From Flavobacteriaceae bacterium (lineage in GTDB: Bacteria; Bacteroidota; Bacteroidia; Flavobacteriales; Flavobacteriaceae), in the NCBI GenBank assembly GCA_947463515.1, contig CANHRI010000002.1:22785-86784 (forward strand): a DNA stretch of 64,000 nt. Direction: 5' to 3'. Position 1 is the first letter of the stretch, and each line of letters begins with the position of its first letter. Under the pieces are notes generated by a model. That model was not told the DNA's origin. It worked only from the letters and a program-made list of their open reading frames with translations, and ran no database searches. Position numbers and translations under genes: made by a program. This document shows, piece after piece, positions 9,690 to 19,951 of this stretch.

Positions 9690-11588
9690 TTAGTAAGCAC
9701 GTGCATCTTTACCTTCATAAAAATTCATAAACGCTTTATTCACCACTCGGTTGCCCCCTGGCGTGGGATAATCTCCCGTAAAATACCAGTCGCCAACATG
9801 CTCAGGACAGGCTTTATGAAGGTTGTCAACTGATTGAAAAATAATATCCACTTCCGCATGAATACCCTCTGGTTTCAGAAGCTCAACTATCTTTTTTGAA
9901 ATCTCTTTATCGCTAAATAGCGAATAAATTGATTTCACATGATTAATAATCTCAGCATCTGGCTTTCCTTCTTGTGCTTTACATTGTTGGTAAACCGTAT
10001 CAACCAAATCATACTGCCCGCGTTCCTTTAAAAGCGCTATCGCGGCTTGAAAAGCAACCAAGCCTTCCAACTTAGCCATATCGATACCGTAACAATCGGG
10101 ATAGCGAATTTGAGGCGCCGACGATACTACTACAATCTTTTTCGGATTCAAACGATCCATCATGCGGAGAATGCTGTTTTTTAAGGTCGTCCCGCGCACT
10201 ATACTATCGTCAATAATCACCAAATTATCGCTGGGTTGAATAACTCCGTAAGTCACATCATACACGTGGGCTACCAAATCATCGCGGCTGCTATCTTCTG
10301 TTATAAAAGTGCGTAATTTGGCGTCTTTTATGGCAATTTTTTCCGTGCGAATTTTGACCGCTAAAATCTCTTCCAACTTTTCTTTGGTCAACGTTTTCCG
10401 GTGATCCAAGATATATTGGTTCTTGCGCTGATTCAAAAAGTCATTGGCCGCTTCTACCATTCCAAAAAAGGAGGTTTCGGCCGTGTTGGGAATGTATGAA
10501 AAAACCGTATTGTCAGTATCGTTTTGAATGGATTCCAACACATCGGGTAAAACAAGTTTCCCCAAAGCTTTTCGCTCTTGATAAATGGCCGCATCACTCC
10601 CGCGGGAGAAATAAATCCGCTCAAACGAACAGGCTCTTTTTTCGACTGCTGGTATAATTGACTCCGAAGTAACCGTCCCATTTTTCTTGATAATTAAGGC
10701 ATGACCCGGTTGCAATTCCTGAACCGATTCGAAGGCTACATTAAATACGGTTTGAATCACGGGACGCTCTGAGGCCACAACGACCACTTCATCATCTTCA
10801 TAGAAAAAGGCAGGGCGAATTCCCGCAGGATCGCGCAATACAAAAGCATCCCCATGGCCGAACAATCCGGCCATAGCATAACCGCCATCCCAACCTTTGG
10901 AAGCGCGTTTTAAAATGCGTTGTATATTGAGTCGTTCGGCGATGACCGGCGAAGCCTCTCGTTTGGACAAGCCTTCGTTTTTGCATTCCAAATACAAATC
11001 TGTGACCTCATCATCCAGGAAATGGCCAATTTTTTCCATAACCGTTACCGTATCGGCCATCTCTTTGGGATGTTGCCCCAACTCGACCAAACTAGCAAAG
11101 AGCTCGGTAACATTGGTCATATTGAAATTCCCAGCGACGATCAAATTGCGGTGCATCCAGTTGTTTTGACGTAAAAAAGGATGTACACTTTCGATACTGT
11201 TCTTGCCAAACGTTCCATAGCGCACATGACCCAAAAACAATTCGCCAATATAGGGTATGGTGGCTTTTTGCCATGCTACATCGTCGATTTTATCGGGATG
11301 CGCCGCCAAGTCGTTGGAAATTCGTTGATTGATTTGGGCAAAGACATCTTGAATCGGTTGCGCGTCATTGGAACGAATACGACTGATGTAGCGTTCCCCT
11401 GGAGCCACATCAAACTTGATCGAGGCAAAACCAGCGCCATCTTGGCCACGGTTGTGTTGCTTTTCCATGAGTAAGTACATTTTTTGTACCCCATAAAAAG
11501 CCGAACCGTATTTTTGTTTGTAATAGTCCAACGGTTTTTTCAACCGTAAGAGTGCAATTCCACATTCGTGTTTTACGGCATCACTCAT
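9690..11588 (-). CDS. purF: Amidophosphoribosyltransferase, long Bacteroidota form
   Basis: N-terminal KHECGIA (Ntn Cys), QHNRGQDGAG, GHVRYGT, IIDDSIVRGTT PRPP motif, PDCYGIDM. Confidence 0.93.
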   Translation of the reverse strand: MSDAVKHECGIALLRLKKPLDYYKQKYGSAFYGVQKMYLLMEKQHNRGQDGAGFASIKFDVAPGERYISRIRSNDAQPIQDVFAQINQRISNDLAAHPDKIDDVAWQKATIPYIGELFLGHVRYGTFGKNSIESVHPFLRQNNWMHRNLIVAGNFNMTNVTELFASLVELGQHPKEMADTVTVMEKIGHFLDDEVTDLYLECKNEGLSKREASPVIAERLNIQRILKRASKGWDGGYAMAGLFGHGDAFVLRDPAGIRPAFFYEDDEVVVVASERPVIQTVFNVAFESVQELQPGHALIIKKNGTVTSESIIPAVEKRACSFERIYFSRGSDAAIYQERKALGKLVLPDVLESIQNDTDNTVFSYIPNTAETSFFGMVEAANDFLNQRKNQYILDHRKTLTKEKLEEILAVKIRTEKIAIKDAKLRTFITEDSSRDDLVAHVYDVTYGVIQPSDNLVIIDDSIVRGTTLKNSILRMMDRLNPKKIVVVSSAPQIRYPDCYGIDMAKLEGLVAFQAAIALLKERGQYDLVDTVYQQCKAQEGKPDAEIINHVKSIYSLFSDKEISKKIVELLKPEGIHAEVDIIFQSVDNLHKACPEHVGDWYFTGDYPTPGGNRVVNKAFMNFYEGKDARAY

Positions 11589-11717
11589 AAATGGTAGTTG
11601 TGTTGTGTTTGTGTTGTTGTGTTGTTGGGGTTTAGTGTTCTGAAAACCAATGAAATTCTCGGAACTTCTATTTTTAAAGTAAACAAAAATGCCCCGAAAT
11701 TTCGAGGCATAAAGTTA

Positions 11718-12641
11718 CTATAATTCTATTTCAAATTGGGTGAGTGCTTTAAATTGTTTCAAGCGCTCGGCCACTTCTTCTTTCGTCAGGCGCACCATTC
11801 GCTCCGTTCCAAATTGCTCCACACAAAAGGAAGCCAAATTCGATCCTTGAATGATAGCGGTCTTCAAGGTTTCAAAAGAGGTATCACCTTGTTGTGCCAC
11901 ATAGCCCGCAAATCCACCCGCAAAGGTATCGCCTGCTCCTGTGGGATCAAATACGTCGGCCAAAGGTAAAGCAGGCGCAAAGAAAATATGCTCGTTATGA
12001 AACAACAATGCCCCATGTTCGCCTTTTTTAATGACCACATATTTTGGTCCCATCGCATGAATTTTTGCCGCTGCTTTTACTAACGAATATTCTCCCGACA
12101 ATTGACGGGCTTCTTCATCGTTAATCGTAATCACATCAACTCGCTTGATAACGTCCATCAATTCGGGTAAGGCGCAATCCATCCAGAAATTCATGGTATC
12201 CAATACCACTAACTTGGGTTTTGCAGTCAATTGATTTAAAACACTTGTTTGCACAAGGGGATGCAAGTTGCCCAACATCACTACCTCAGCATCTTTGAAG
12301 TTTTCGGGCACAATTGGATTAAAATCAGCCAATACGTTTAGCTCGGTGGCCAACGTATCGCGGGAATTCATATCGTTATGGTAACGACCGCTCCAGAAGA
12401 ACGTTTTCCCGCCTTGAACGATTTCCAAACCGGAAATATCAATGTTGCGTGCCGTTAATAAATCCAAATACTCTTGTGGAAAATCATCGCCCACTATCGA
12501 AACGATAGCCGATTGAAGATTAAAATGGGAAGCCGACAACCCAATAAAGGTACCTGCTCCTCCTAATATTTTATCGGTTTTCCCAAAGGGCGTTTCGATT
12601 GCATCAAAAGCCACGGTTCCCACGATTAAAAGCTTGTTCAT
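11718..12641 (-). CDS. PfkB family carbohydrate/nucleoside kinase
   Basis: GGAG N-terminal motif and DPTGAGDTFAGG PfkB signature; start moved to MNKLLIVG. Confidence 0.9.
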   Translation of the reverse strand: MNKLLIVGTVAFDAIETPFGKTDKILGGAGTFIGLSASHFNLQSAIVSIVGDDFPQEYLDLLTARNIDISGLEIVQGGKTFFWSGRYHNDMNSRDTLATELNVLADFNPIVPENFKDAEVVMLGNLHPLVQTSVLNQLTAKPKLVVLDTMNFWMDCALPELMDVIKRVDVITINDEEARQLSGEYSLVKAAAKIHAMGPKYVVIKKGEHGALLFHNEHIFFAPALPLADVFDPTGAGDTFAGGFAGYVAQQGDTSFETLKTAIIQGSNLASFCVEQFGTERMVRLTKEEVAERLKQFKALTQFEIEL

Positions 12642-12732
12642 GAACTCGTTTTTATAATAAAGGCGCAAAGATACGTATTCAAATGATAAGAATAAAACTT
12701 CTCTTGTAAATGAAGCTGTATAATTTTTTCAT

Positions 12733-12760
12733 TAAAAAAACCCGGCCTAAACCGGGTTGC
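12733..12760 (-). terminator. Terminator downstream of the 6S-like RNA
   Basis: Minus strand AACCCGG-ttta-GGCCGGGTTTTTTTT. Confidence 0.75.
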
Positions 12761-12780
12761 GTCACTTTCGAATTATAGTC

Positions 12781-12883
12781 CTCAAGTCGTTAGTCTTGAA
12801 AACTACCGTGTAAAAACACGACCTATTGCACCTCCGAAAAGGCCCATGCGGTAACTATTTTTGAAATAATCCATTTTCTTGAG
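12781..12883 (-). ncRNA. ssrS: 6S RNA (6S-Flavo-like)
   Basis: About 103-nt rod: closing stem CTCAAG/CTTGAG, central asymmetric bubble, inner stems TAGTTACCG/CGGTAGTT and CATGGGCCT/AGGTCGTG, apical loop, followed by a terminator. Size and shape fit the 6S-Flavo motif as I remember it; no covariance search was run. Confidence 0.65.
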
Positions 12884-12961
12884 CTAACTTACAAAAAAAT
12901 ACACACATCTGAGAAATTTTTGAGAAATATTTTTCCCACATAAGTGTAAAACTTTGTAGGG

Positions 12962-13288
12962 ATGGAAAATAGAGGAGAAATAATCAAAAATGCGATTTAC
13001 CAAAGCGGCATGCCTATCAGCGCTATAGCGAAACAAATGGGGAAAAGCCGACGTTGGTTTTATCAAATGTTTGAGCAAAAAAATGTCTCCATCGATACTA
13101 TACTCACCATAGGAAAAATCATACACTACGATTTTACCGAAGAAATCAAAGAAATGTATCCCAAAATCCTTCACGAACCTCCTGAAGAATACCCCGAAGA
13201 GGAAACTGTTGATTATTGGAAAAATAAGTACATCAAATTATTAGAAGCCTATAATTCAATACTTTTAAAGAATAAAGACGATTTATAA
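12962..13288 (+). CDS. Small XRE/Cro-like helix-turn-helix protein with C-terminal coiled segment
   Basis: MPISAIAKQMGKSRRWFYQMF HTH pattern; C-terminal YWKNKYIKLLEAYN helix. Confidence 0.75.
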   Translation: MENRGEIIKNAIYQSGMPISAIAKQMGKSRRWFYQMFEQKNVSIDTILTIGKIIHYDFTEEIKEMYPKILHEPPEEYPEEETVDYWKNKYIKLLEAYNSILLKNKDDL

Positions 13289-13759
13289 CAGCGTATCTTG
13301 ATGCTGTTCATAGTACATATCTACCGACAAATTTGATTGCATGGATGCCATGACCGCCAATTGATCGCACCGCTCGTTTTGCGGATGGTTATTGTGGCCT
13401 TTTACCCATTGAAAATCCACTTTATGCTGGCGGTATACTTTTAAAAAACGCCTCCATAAGTCGGGGTTTTTCTTGCCTTGAAATCCTTTTTTTTCCCAAC
13501 CCATTACCCAACCTTTTTCAACGGCATCGACCACATACTTACTGTCCGACACCACCAATACCGACATGCCCGGTTGTTTTAATTTTTCCAAACCCACAAT
13601 CACAGCCAGCAATTCCATACGGTTGTTGGTCGTTAGGCGAAATCCTTCATAAAACTCTTTGCGATACCCCGTACCTACTTGTTCCAAAACCACACCGTAC
13701 CCACCGTTTCCGGGATTTCCTTTGGCCGCACCGTCAGTGTACAAGTGAATTTGATACAT
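13283..13759 (-). CDS. rnhA: Ribonuclease HI
   Basis: YTDGAAKGNPG, TTNNRMELLA, SDSKYV, WVKGHNNHPQNERCDQLA. Confidence 0.96.
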   Translation of the reverse strand: MYQIHLYTDGAAKGNPGNGGYGVVLEQVGTGYRKEFYEGFRLTTNNRMELLAVIVGLEKLKQPGMSVLVVSDSKYVVDAVEKGWVMGWEKKGFQGKKNPDLWRRFLKVYRQHKVDFQWVKGHNNHPQNERCDQLAVMASMQSNLSVDMYYEQHQDTLL

Positions 13760-13768
13760 TTAAAAAAA

Positions 13769-13791
13769 TTATGAGTTATGAATTATGAGTT
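13769..13791. repeat. 3x heptamer TTATGAR at the purN/rnhA junction
   Basis: TTATGAG TTATGAA TTATGAG TT; one unit contains the purN stop codon. Confidence 0.6.
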
Positions 13792-14355
13792 TTGTTGGGC
13801 AAAAAGAAGTTGTTCAATAACTTTGGGGAAATGTTCTTGTTCGAGAGCATGAACCTTGGCGGCAATACACGCTGCAGTGGTACACTCGGCAATCGAGGTT
13901 TCAAATTGAGCGATAACAGCACCCTCGTCATAATGCGCGTTGACATAGTGAATCGTAATGCCGGTCACCGTCTCGCCCTGAGCCAATACCGCTTCATGAA
14001 CATGCTTACCATACATACCTTTCCCTCCAAATTTAGGCAATAAAGCGGGATGAATATTGATAACTTTGGGAAAAACGTCTAAAATCGCTTCGGGAAACTT
14101 CCACAGAAATCCCGCCAGTACAATCCAATCGGGGGCAAACGTTTGCAACTGTTGTAGCACTTTGCCCTCTTCAAGATCTTGCCGCCCAAACAACACTATG
14201 GGAACCCCTAAATCGGACGCACGTTGCAACACGCCCGCTTGGGTATTATTGCAAAAAACGGCCACCACCGAAGCGGTAGATTTTTCTTGAAAATGCTTGA
14301 TAATAGCCGCAGCATTGGTGCCTTCTCCTGAGGCAAATAAAACAATTTTGGACAT
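13783..14355 (-). CDS. purN: Phosphoribosylglycinamide formyltransferase
   Basis: VLFASGEGTNA, VLAGFL, INIHPALLPKFGGKGMYG, HYVNAHYDEG. Confidence 0.95.
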   Translation of the reverse strand: MSKIVLFASGEGTNAAAIIKHFQEKSTASVVAVFCNNTQAGVLQRASDLGVPIVLFGRQDLEEGKVLQQLQTFAPDWIVLAGFLWKFPEAILDVFPKVINIHPALLPKFGGKGMYGKHVHEAVLAQGETVTGITIHYVNAHYDEGAVIAQFETSIAECTTAACIAAKVHALEQEHFPKVIEQLLFAQQNS

Positions 14356-14545
14356 AAAACGGGTCGTGTTTTTCGACAAAAATACCGCCTACAAAAAAAC
14401 GAATAATTGACGAGATAATTCAACTACCGTAAAAGGTTTGTTAAAATAATTTATTACCTTCGTGGTAACATTTGTAAATCAAAATGCTGAAATAAAATAA
14501 AGTTTTTTATTTTTGCCAACAATTAAAAATTAAAAATTAGAAACT

Positions 14546-14782
14546 ATGTCAGACATTGCATCAAGAGTTAAAGCGATTATCGTGGACAAACTAGGAGTTG
14601 ACGAGAATGAAGTTGTATCTGAAGCAAGCTTCACCAATGACTTGGGAGCCGATTCATTAGATACTGTTGAGCTTATCATGGAGTTCGAGAAAGAATTTGA
14701 CATTCAAATTCCAGACGATCAAGCTGAGAACATCTCAACAGTTGGTCAAGCTATCTCTTACATCGAAGAAGCTAAAAAATAA
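14546..14782 (+). CDS. acpP: Acyl carrier protein
   Basis: [14 protein letters not shown] phosphopantetheine site. Confidence 0.98.
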   Translation: MSDIASRVKAIIVDKLGVDENEVVSEASFTNDLGADSLDTVELIMEFEKEFDIQIPDDQAENISTVGQAISYIEEAKK

Positions 14783-14953
14783 TAAAATATACCAAACCCG
14801 CGTACCTTTTTGGCATGCGGGTTTTTATTATTTTCAAAATCACTACATTGCGATTGTAAATCAATCCTAAAGATAAATACCCCTGTCTCTTTGCGATTTG
14901 CCAAAAAGGAACAAGGGTATTCTTTATATACAGAACAAACTAAATCCATTTTT

Positions 14954-16207
14954 ATGCAATTAAAGCGTGTTGTTGTCACCGGTCTTGGCGCCTTAACTCC
15001 CATCGGAAATTCTATCGAAGCCTATTGGGAAGGTTTGGTCAATGGGAAAAGTGGGGCTGCCCCCATTACCTACTATGATACCGAAAAACACAAAACCAAG
15101 TTTGCTTGTGAGGTCAAAAATTTTGACATCGAACAATTCATGGACCGTAAAGAATCCCGTCGTTTGGACAAATTCTCACAATATGCTATTGCTGCAAGTG
15201 ATGAAGCCATCAAAGACGCTGGAATCACCGACACCAATATCAACAAAGCGCGTGTGGGTGTAATTTGGGGCGCTGGAATCGGTGGTTTAGAGACGTTCCA
15301 AGATGAGGTTTTAAACTACGCAAAAGGCGATGGAACTCCAAAATTCAATCCATTTTTTATCCCAAAAATGATTGCCGATATAGCTCCTGCACACATCTCA
15401 ATGCGCAACGGCTTTATGGGCCCTAACTACACCACTGTTTCTGCCTGTGCTTCCTCAGCCAATGCCTTGATCGATGCGTTCAACTACATACGATTGGGCA
15501 TGTGTGATGTTATCATTTCTGGGGGTTCTGAAGCGGCGGTAACCATTGCCGGTATGGGCGGATTCAATTCGATGCACGCTTTATCAACCCGCAACGACAG
15601 CCCTGAAACTGCTTCGCGCCCGTTTGATGCGACCCGCGACGGTTTTGTACTTGGTGAAGGAGCAGGTGCTTTGGTTTTGGAAGAATACGAACACGCCAAA
15701 GCTCGTGGCGCTAAAATTTATTGTGAAATCGGAGGCGGCGGTCTTTCCTCAGACGCTTACCATCTCACTGCACCACATCCTGAAGGCGTAGGTGTTATCG
15801 CCGTTATGCAAAATACCCTTCGCGATGCGGGTATGCAACCCACCGATGTCGATCATATCAACACCCATGGAACCTCCACGCCTCTAGGCGATGTGGCTGA
15901 ATTAAAAGCGATTAGCGCAGTCTTTGGAGACCATGCCAAAACCCTTAACATCAATTCTACCAAATCAATGACCGGCCACTTGTTGGGTGCAGCAGGTGCG
16001 ATTGAGGCGATTGCGGTAATTTTGGCTATGCAATACGGTATCGTTCCGCCAACCATCAACCATGAAGTTGTCGATGAAAACATTGATCCTTCGTTGAATC
16101 TTACCTTGAATAAAGCGCAAAAACGCGATATCAAAGTAGCAATGAGCAACACCTTTGGGTTTGGAGGCCACAACGCTTGTGTACTTTTTAAAAAAATTGA
16201 AGCGTAA
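14954..16207 (+). CDS. fabF: Beta-ketoacyl-ACP synthase II
   Basis: RVVVTGLG start (ATG 14954), SACASS, HGTSTPLGD, SMTGHLLGAAG, SNTFGFGGHN. Confidence 0.96.
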   Translation: MQLKRVVVTGLGALTPIGNSIEAYWEGLVNGKSGAAPITYYDTEKHKTKFACEVKNFDIEQFMDRKESRRLDKFSQYAIAASDEAIKDAGITDTNINKARVGVIWGAGIGGLETFQDEVLNYAKGDGTPKFNPFFIPKMIADIAPAHISMRNGFMGPNYTTVSACASSANALIDAFNYIRLGMCDVIISGGSEAAVTIAGMGGFNSMHALSTRNDSPETASRPFDATRDGFVLGEGAGALVLEEYEHAKARGAKIYCEIGGGGLSSDAYHLTAPHPEGVGVIAVMQNTLRDAGMQPTDVDHINTHGTSTPLGDVAELKAISAVFGDHAKTLNINSTKSMTGHLLGAAGAIEAIAVILAMQYGIVPPTINHEVVDENIDPSLNLTLNKAQKRDIKVAMSNTFGFGGHNACVLFKKIEA

Positions 16208-16215
16208 TCTCTTCT

Positions 16216-16962
16216 ATGATAATTATTAAAAAAATATTTGCTAAAAACTCCCGTCCTCAGACAGAAGGCGGGATTTTTTTTGAGACCCTACAAACCATCT
16301 TGGGATTCGCTCCTGGGCAATTAAAATATTATAAAAAAGCCTTTACGCACCGTTCCTCCAACTTAATGGACGAAAACGGGCGCCCCATGAATTACGAACG
16401 TTTGGAATTTTTGGGCGATGCCATGTTGGGCTCCGTAATTGCCGCCCATTTATACCGTCAAGTGCCTACAGGTGACGAAGGGTATCTTACCAAAATGCGC
16501 TCCAAAATTGTGAGTCGGGAACACTTAAACGAACTCGGGCGCGACCTCAATCTCATTCAATTTGTGGAGAGTAAAGTCCCCGCCCAACATTTTGGCGAAA
16601 ACATCCACGGAAATATCTTTGAAGCCTTAATTGGAGCCATATTTTTGGACAAAGGCTATGATTTTTGCGAAAAATTTATCCACGAAAAAGTCATCATTCC
16701 CTACGTGGATATCGAAAAATTAGAAGGAAAAGTCATTAGCTACAAAAGCCTTGTAATCGAATGGTGCCAAAAAGAAAAACACAACTTTCATTTTGATGTT
16801 TTTGATGACAACGGCAACGACGGTCAAAAATATTTTGGCGTGCGCTTAAGCATTGACCAAAAAGTAGTAGCCAAATCACGAGCAACCTCCAAGAAAAAAG
16901 CGGAAGAAATCGCAGCCAAACGAGCCTATTTTGCATTTCAAGAAAAAATTAACAAAATATAG
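16216..16962 (+). CDS. rnc: Ribonuclease III
   Basis: NYERLEFLGDAMLG signature, dsRBD with SKKKAEEIAA. Confidence 0.95.
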   Translation: MIIIKKIFAKNSRPQTEGGIFFETLQTILGFAPGQLKYYKKAFTHRSSNLMDENGRPMNYERLEFLGDAMLGSVIAAHLYRQVPTGDEGYLTKMRSKIVSREHLNELGRDLNLIQFVESKVPAQHFGENIHGNIFEALIGAIFLDKGYDFCEKFIHEKVIIPYVDIEKLEGKVISYKSLVIEWCQKEKHNFHFDVFDDNGNDGQKYFGVRLSIDQKVVAKSRATSKKKAEEIAAKRAYFAFQEKINKI

Positions 16963-17075
16963 GGCAATATCTTAAAATCCTACAACGATTTCGTTCATAA
17001 AATAACGTTAATCTAACTTCTTCTCGGTAAAACGCATTCCGATATGAAGTATATTTACAACTTATTTGGGCGGAA

Positions 17076-17561
17076 ATGGCGACGCAAAAAATCTACATCC
17101 ATGAATTTGAAGCGCAAGATTACGAGGTAATCGCCTTGCATACTTCGTTGGAAGATTCCCGTTTGGCCTTTCACCTAAACCGACAACTCGACGTTTTGTT
17201 GGCGAGAACCCTAGAAGACCTTCACATACAAATCAAAGAGGGAAGCACCGGACTTTCACGCTTTGAATTTTATGACGAATCCCGCTTCATTACCTGGCAT
17301 TTGGTGCAAAATAAAAGTGAAGTCATCACCGAAACGCAAGGTCCTGGGGTGCTGTTTGCCGCGCTAAAAAATGATGTCGCCACTTCGGTGTATTTATTGC
17401 CCGAATACAAAAAAGTGGATTATATTCTCAAAATTGACAATCTAGAAAACGATGTCGATTTGGATGAAGTGATTCGAAAAATCAGCGAAATTGAATGGGT
17501 AAGTATGGCTTACCGTATTGATAAAAAACAACTAAAGTCCAAACACAATCTAATTTTTTAA
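17076..17561 (+). CDS. IPExxxVDY family protein
   Basis: LLPEYKKVDY motif; usual position between rnc and pyk in Bacteroidota. Confidence 0.8.
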   Translation: MATQKIYIHEFEAQDYEVIALHTSLEDSRLAFHLNRQLDVLLARTLEDLHIQIKEGSTGLSRFEFYDESRFITWHLVQNKSEVITETQGPGVLFAALKNDVATSVYLLPEYKKVDYILKIDNLENDVDLDEVIRKISEIEWVSMAYRIDKKQLKSKHNLIF

Positions 17562-17565
17562 AAGA

Positions 17566-18996
17566 ATGCCGACTAGAAAAAAAACCAAAATCGTGGCCAC
17601 CTTGGGGCCGGCGTGTAGTACCCGCGAGGTAATCAAAGACATGATCGACGCCGGAGTCAATGTGTTCCGTATTAACTTTTCGCATGCCGATTATGCCGAT
17701 GTAAAGGAGCGAATTGACATTATCCGTGGATTAAACCAAGAATTTGGATACACCACCGCTATTTTAGGCGACTTACAAGGACCCAAATTACGGGTGGGCG
17801 TCATGAAAGAAGACGTTGTGGTCAATCCGGGCGATGTGATCACTTTTCAAACTGCCGAAGACGTTCCCGGCAATGCCGAACGCGTATACATGAACTACAA
17901 AGCGTTTCCTAGTGATGTAAATCCGGGCGAACGCATCCTACTCGACGACGGAAAACTCATTTTTGAAGTCATCGAAACCGACGGGAAAAACGAGGTAAAA
18001 ACCAAAGTCATTCAAGGAGGACCCCTAAAATCCAAAAAAGGAGTCAACCTGCCCAACACCAAGGTTTCCCTTCCTGCTTTGACCCCAAAAGACATCAAAG
18101 ACGCGATTTTTGCTATTGAAAACGACGTGGATTGGATTGCACTTTCTTTTGTGCGCACCCCCAAAGACTTGATGGAATTGCAAGAATTGATTTCTGAACA
18201 TACCGATCATAAAATTCCGATTGTCGCCAAAATTGAAAAACCCGAAGCTGTAGAAAATATCGATAAAATTGTAGCCTACTGCGACGGATTGATGGTAGCG
18301 CGAGGTGACCTCGGGGTGGAAATTCCAGCACACGAAGTGCCTTTAATTCAGAAAAAATTAATCCACCGCGCCAAAACAGCCCGTATCCCTGTAATCGTAG
18401 CGACCCAAATGATGGAAACCATGATTACCAGCTTGACTCCCACCCGTGCTGAAGTCAACGACGTGGCCAACTCGGTTATGGATGGCGCCGATGCGGTAAT
18501 GCTTTCGGGCGAAACCTCGGTAGGAAACTATCCTGTGCAAGTAATTGAAAAAATGACCCAAATCATTGAGGCTGTCGAAGATTCTCCTTTGATTCAAGTT
18601 CCCCAAAACCCACCGCACGTGCGTACCAAACGATTCATCACCAAATCCATTTGCTACCACGCCGCTACGATGGCCAACGACATCAAAGCCAAAGCGATTT
18701 CAACGCTTACCAACAGCGGATATACGGCTTTTCAAATTTCGGCATGGCGCCCCTCAGCACACATTCTCGTGTACACGTCCAATAAGTATATTCTAACGCA
18801 ATTGAACTTGTTATGGGGTGTTAATGCGTTTTATTACGACAAGTTTGTCACCACCGACGATACCGTTGACGACATTAACCAAATGGCCAAAGACCGTGGG
18901 TTTGTTAAAAAAGGTGACATCTTGATTAACCTTGCTGCGATGCCCGTAGTAGAACGCGGAATGGTCAACACCTTGCGTATCTCTGAAATCGAATAA
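17566..18996 (+). CDS. pyk: Pyruvate kinase
   Basis: TKIVATLGPA, RINFSH, DLQGPKLR, MVARGDLGVE, ATQMMETM, AVMLSGET. Confidence 0.97.
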   Translation: MPTRKKTKIVATLGPACSTREVIKDMIDAGVNVFRINFSHADYADVKERIDIIRGLNQEFGYTTAILGDLQGPKLRVGVMKEDVVVNPGDVITFQTAEDVPGNAERVYMNYKAFPSDVNPGERILLDDGKLIFEVIETDGKNEVKTKVIQGGPLKSKKGVNLPNTKVSLPALTPKDIKDAIFAIENDVDWIALSFVRTPKDLMELQELISEHTDHKIPIVAKIEKPEAVENIDKIVAYCDGLMVARGDLGVEIPAHEVPLIQKKLIHRAKTARIPVIVATQMMETMITSLTPTRAEVNDVANSVMDGADAVMLSGETSVGNYPVQVIEKMTQIIEAVEDSPLIQVPQNPPHVRTKRFITKSICYHAATMANDIKAKAISTLTNSGYTAFQISAWRPSAHILVYTSNKYILTQLNLLWGVNAFYYDKFVTTDDTVDDINQMAKDRGFVKKGDILINLAAMPVVERGMVNTLRISEIE

Positions 18997-19105
18997 ACGC
19001 AACGAAGTATACATCGTAAAAAGGATTATCAACCTGTTAGAATTTTGATAATCCTTTTTTCGTTCCAAAAAATCAAATTATCTTTGAGACATAAACTACA
19101 GTACT

Positions 19106-19858
19106 ATGGAATCTAGAAATCCTTTTTTCAACACCAAATCCTACAAGGAAAGTGAAACCGTACACGATGCGGTACTTATTGATTACAACCAAACGATGAC
19201 CCTAAACGGAACCATCAACAAATCGTTCCTTTTGTTGGTATTGCTCGTGGGCGGTGCCGTCATCACATGGATGATGATTAATGCGGGGTACAACCCGTTA
19301 ATTCTCGTGTTTGGCGGGGCAATTGTGGGCTTAATTGCTGTATTGGTCGCGTCGTTTAAACCTGCTTGGTCGCCCTTTTTAGCGCCAGGATATGCGGTTT
19401 TTGAAGGATTGTTCATCGGGGGCGTATCGGCTTATTTTGAAGCTGCCTACCCAGGAATTGTTATTCAAGCCGTGGGTGCCACATTTATAACGTTTTTCAT
19501 TTGTTTGGCCTTATATAAATACCAAGTGGTGAAAGTCACCGAGAAGTTTCGTTCGGTGGTCGTGGCCGCTACGTTGGCTATTGCTGCCTATTATTTGATC
19601 TCTTGGTTGATTTCGCTATTTACCAACTTCCAACCCGTTCATCATGGCCACAGCTTAATGAGTATTGGCATTAGCGTTTTTGTGATTGTCATTGCGGCGT
19701 TAAACTTGTTTTTGGACTTTGATCAAATTGAAAAAGGCATCTCCAACCGCATGCCCAAGTATATGGAATGGTTTGGCGCGATGGGCTTGATGGTAACCCT
19801 AGTTTGGTTGTATATCGAGTTCTTGCGATTGCTATCCAAAATAAGCAGCCGAGACTAA
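19106..19858 (+). CDS. Bax inhibitor-1/YccA family membrane protein
   Basis: Seven hydrophobic segments; LDFDQIE and TLVWLYIEFLRLL C-terminal motifs. Confidence 0.88.
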   Translation: MESRNPFFNTKSYKESETVHDAVLIDYNQTMTLNGTINKSFLLLVLLVGGAVITWMMINAGYNPLILVFGGAIVGLIAVLVASFKPAWSPFLAPGYAVFEGLFIGGVSAYFEAAYPGIVIQAVGATFITFFICLALYKYQVVKVTEKFRSVVVAATLAIAAYYLISWLISLFTNFQPVHHGHSLMSIGISVFVIVIAALNLFLDFDQIEKGISNRMPKYMEWFGAMGLMVTLVWLYIEFLRLLSKISSRD

Positions 19859-19880
19859 GCCAGCATTATACCATAATAAG

Positions 19881-19908
19881 AAAACCATCCTTCGGGGTGG
19901 TTTTTTGG
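19881..19908 (+). terminator. Terminator (UUCG loop)
   Basis: AAAACCATCC-TTCG-GGGTGGTTTTTT. Confidence 0.8.
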
Positions 19909-19951
19909 TTTATAAAAGTGCCGTGAACCGCAAACCTGAATATATTGTTTT

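Noticed and set aside
14810-14953. Long N-terminal extensions in the ORF track (fabF, kbl, ompA, hmgA, porZ, lspA and others)
   Set aside because: They cross terminators or promoters; downstream ATGs match the family N-termini, so starts were trimmed.
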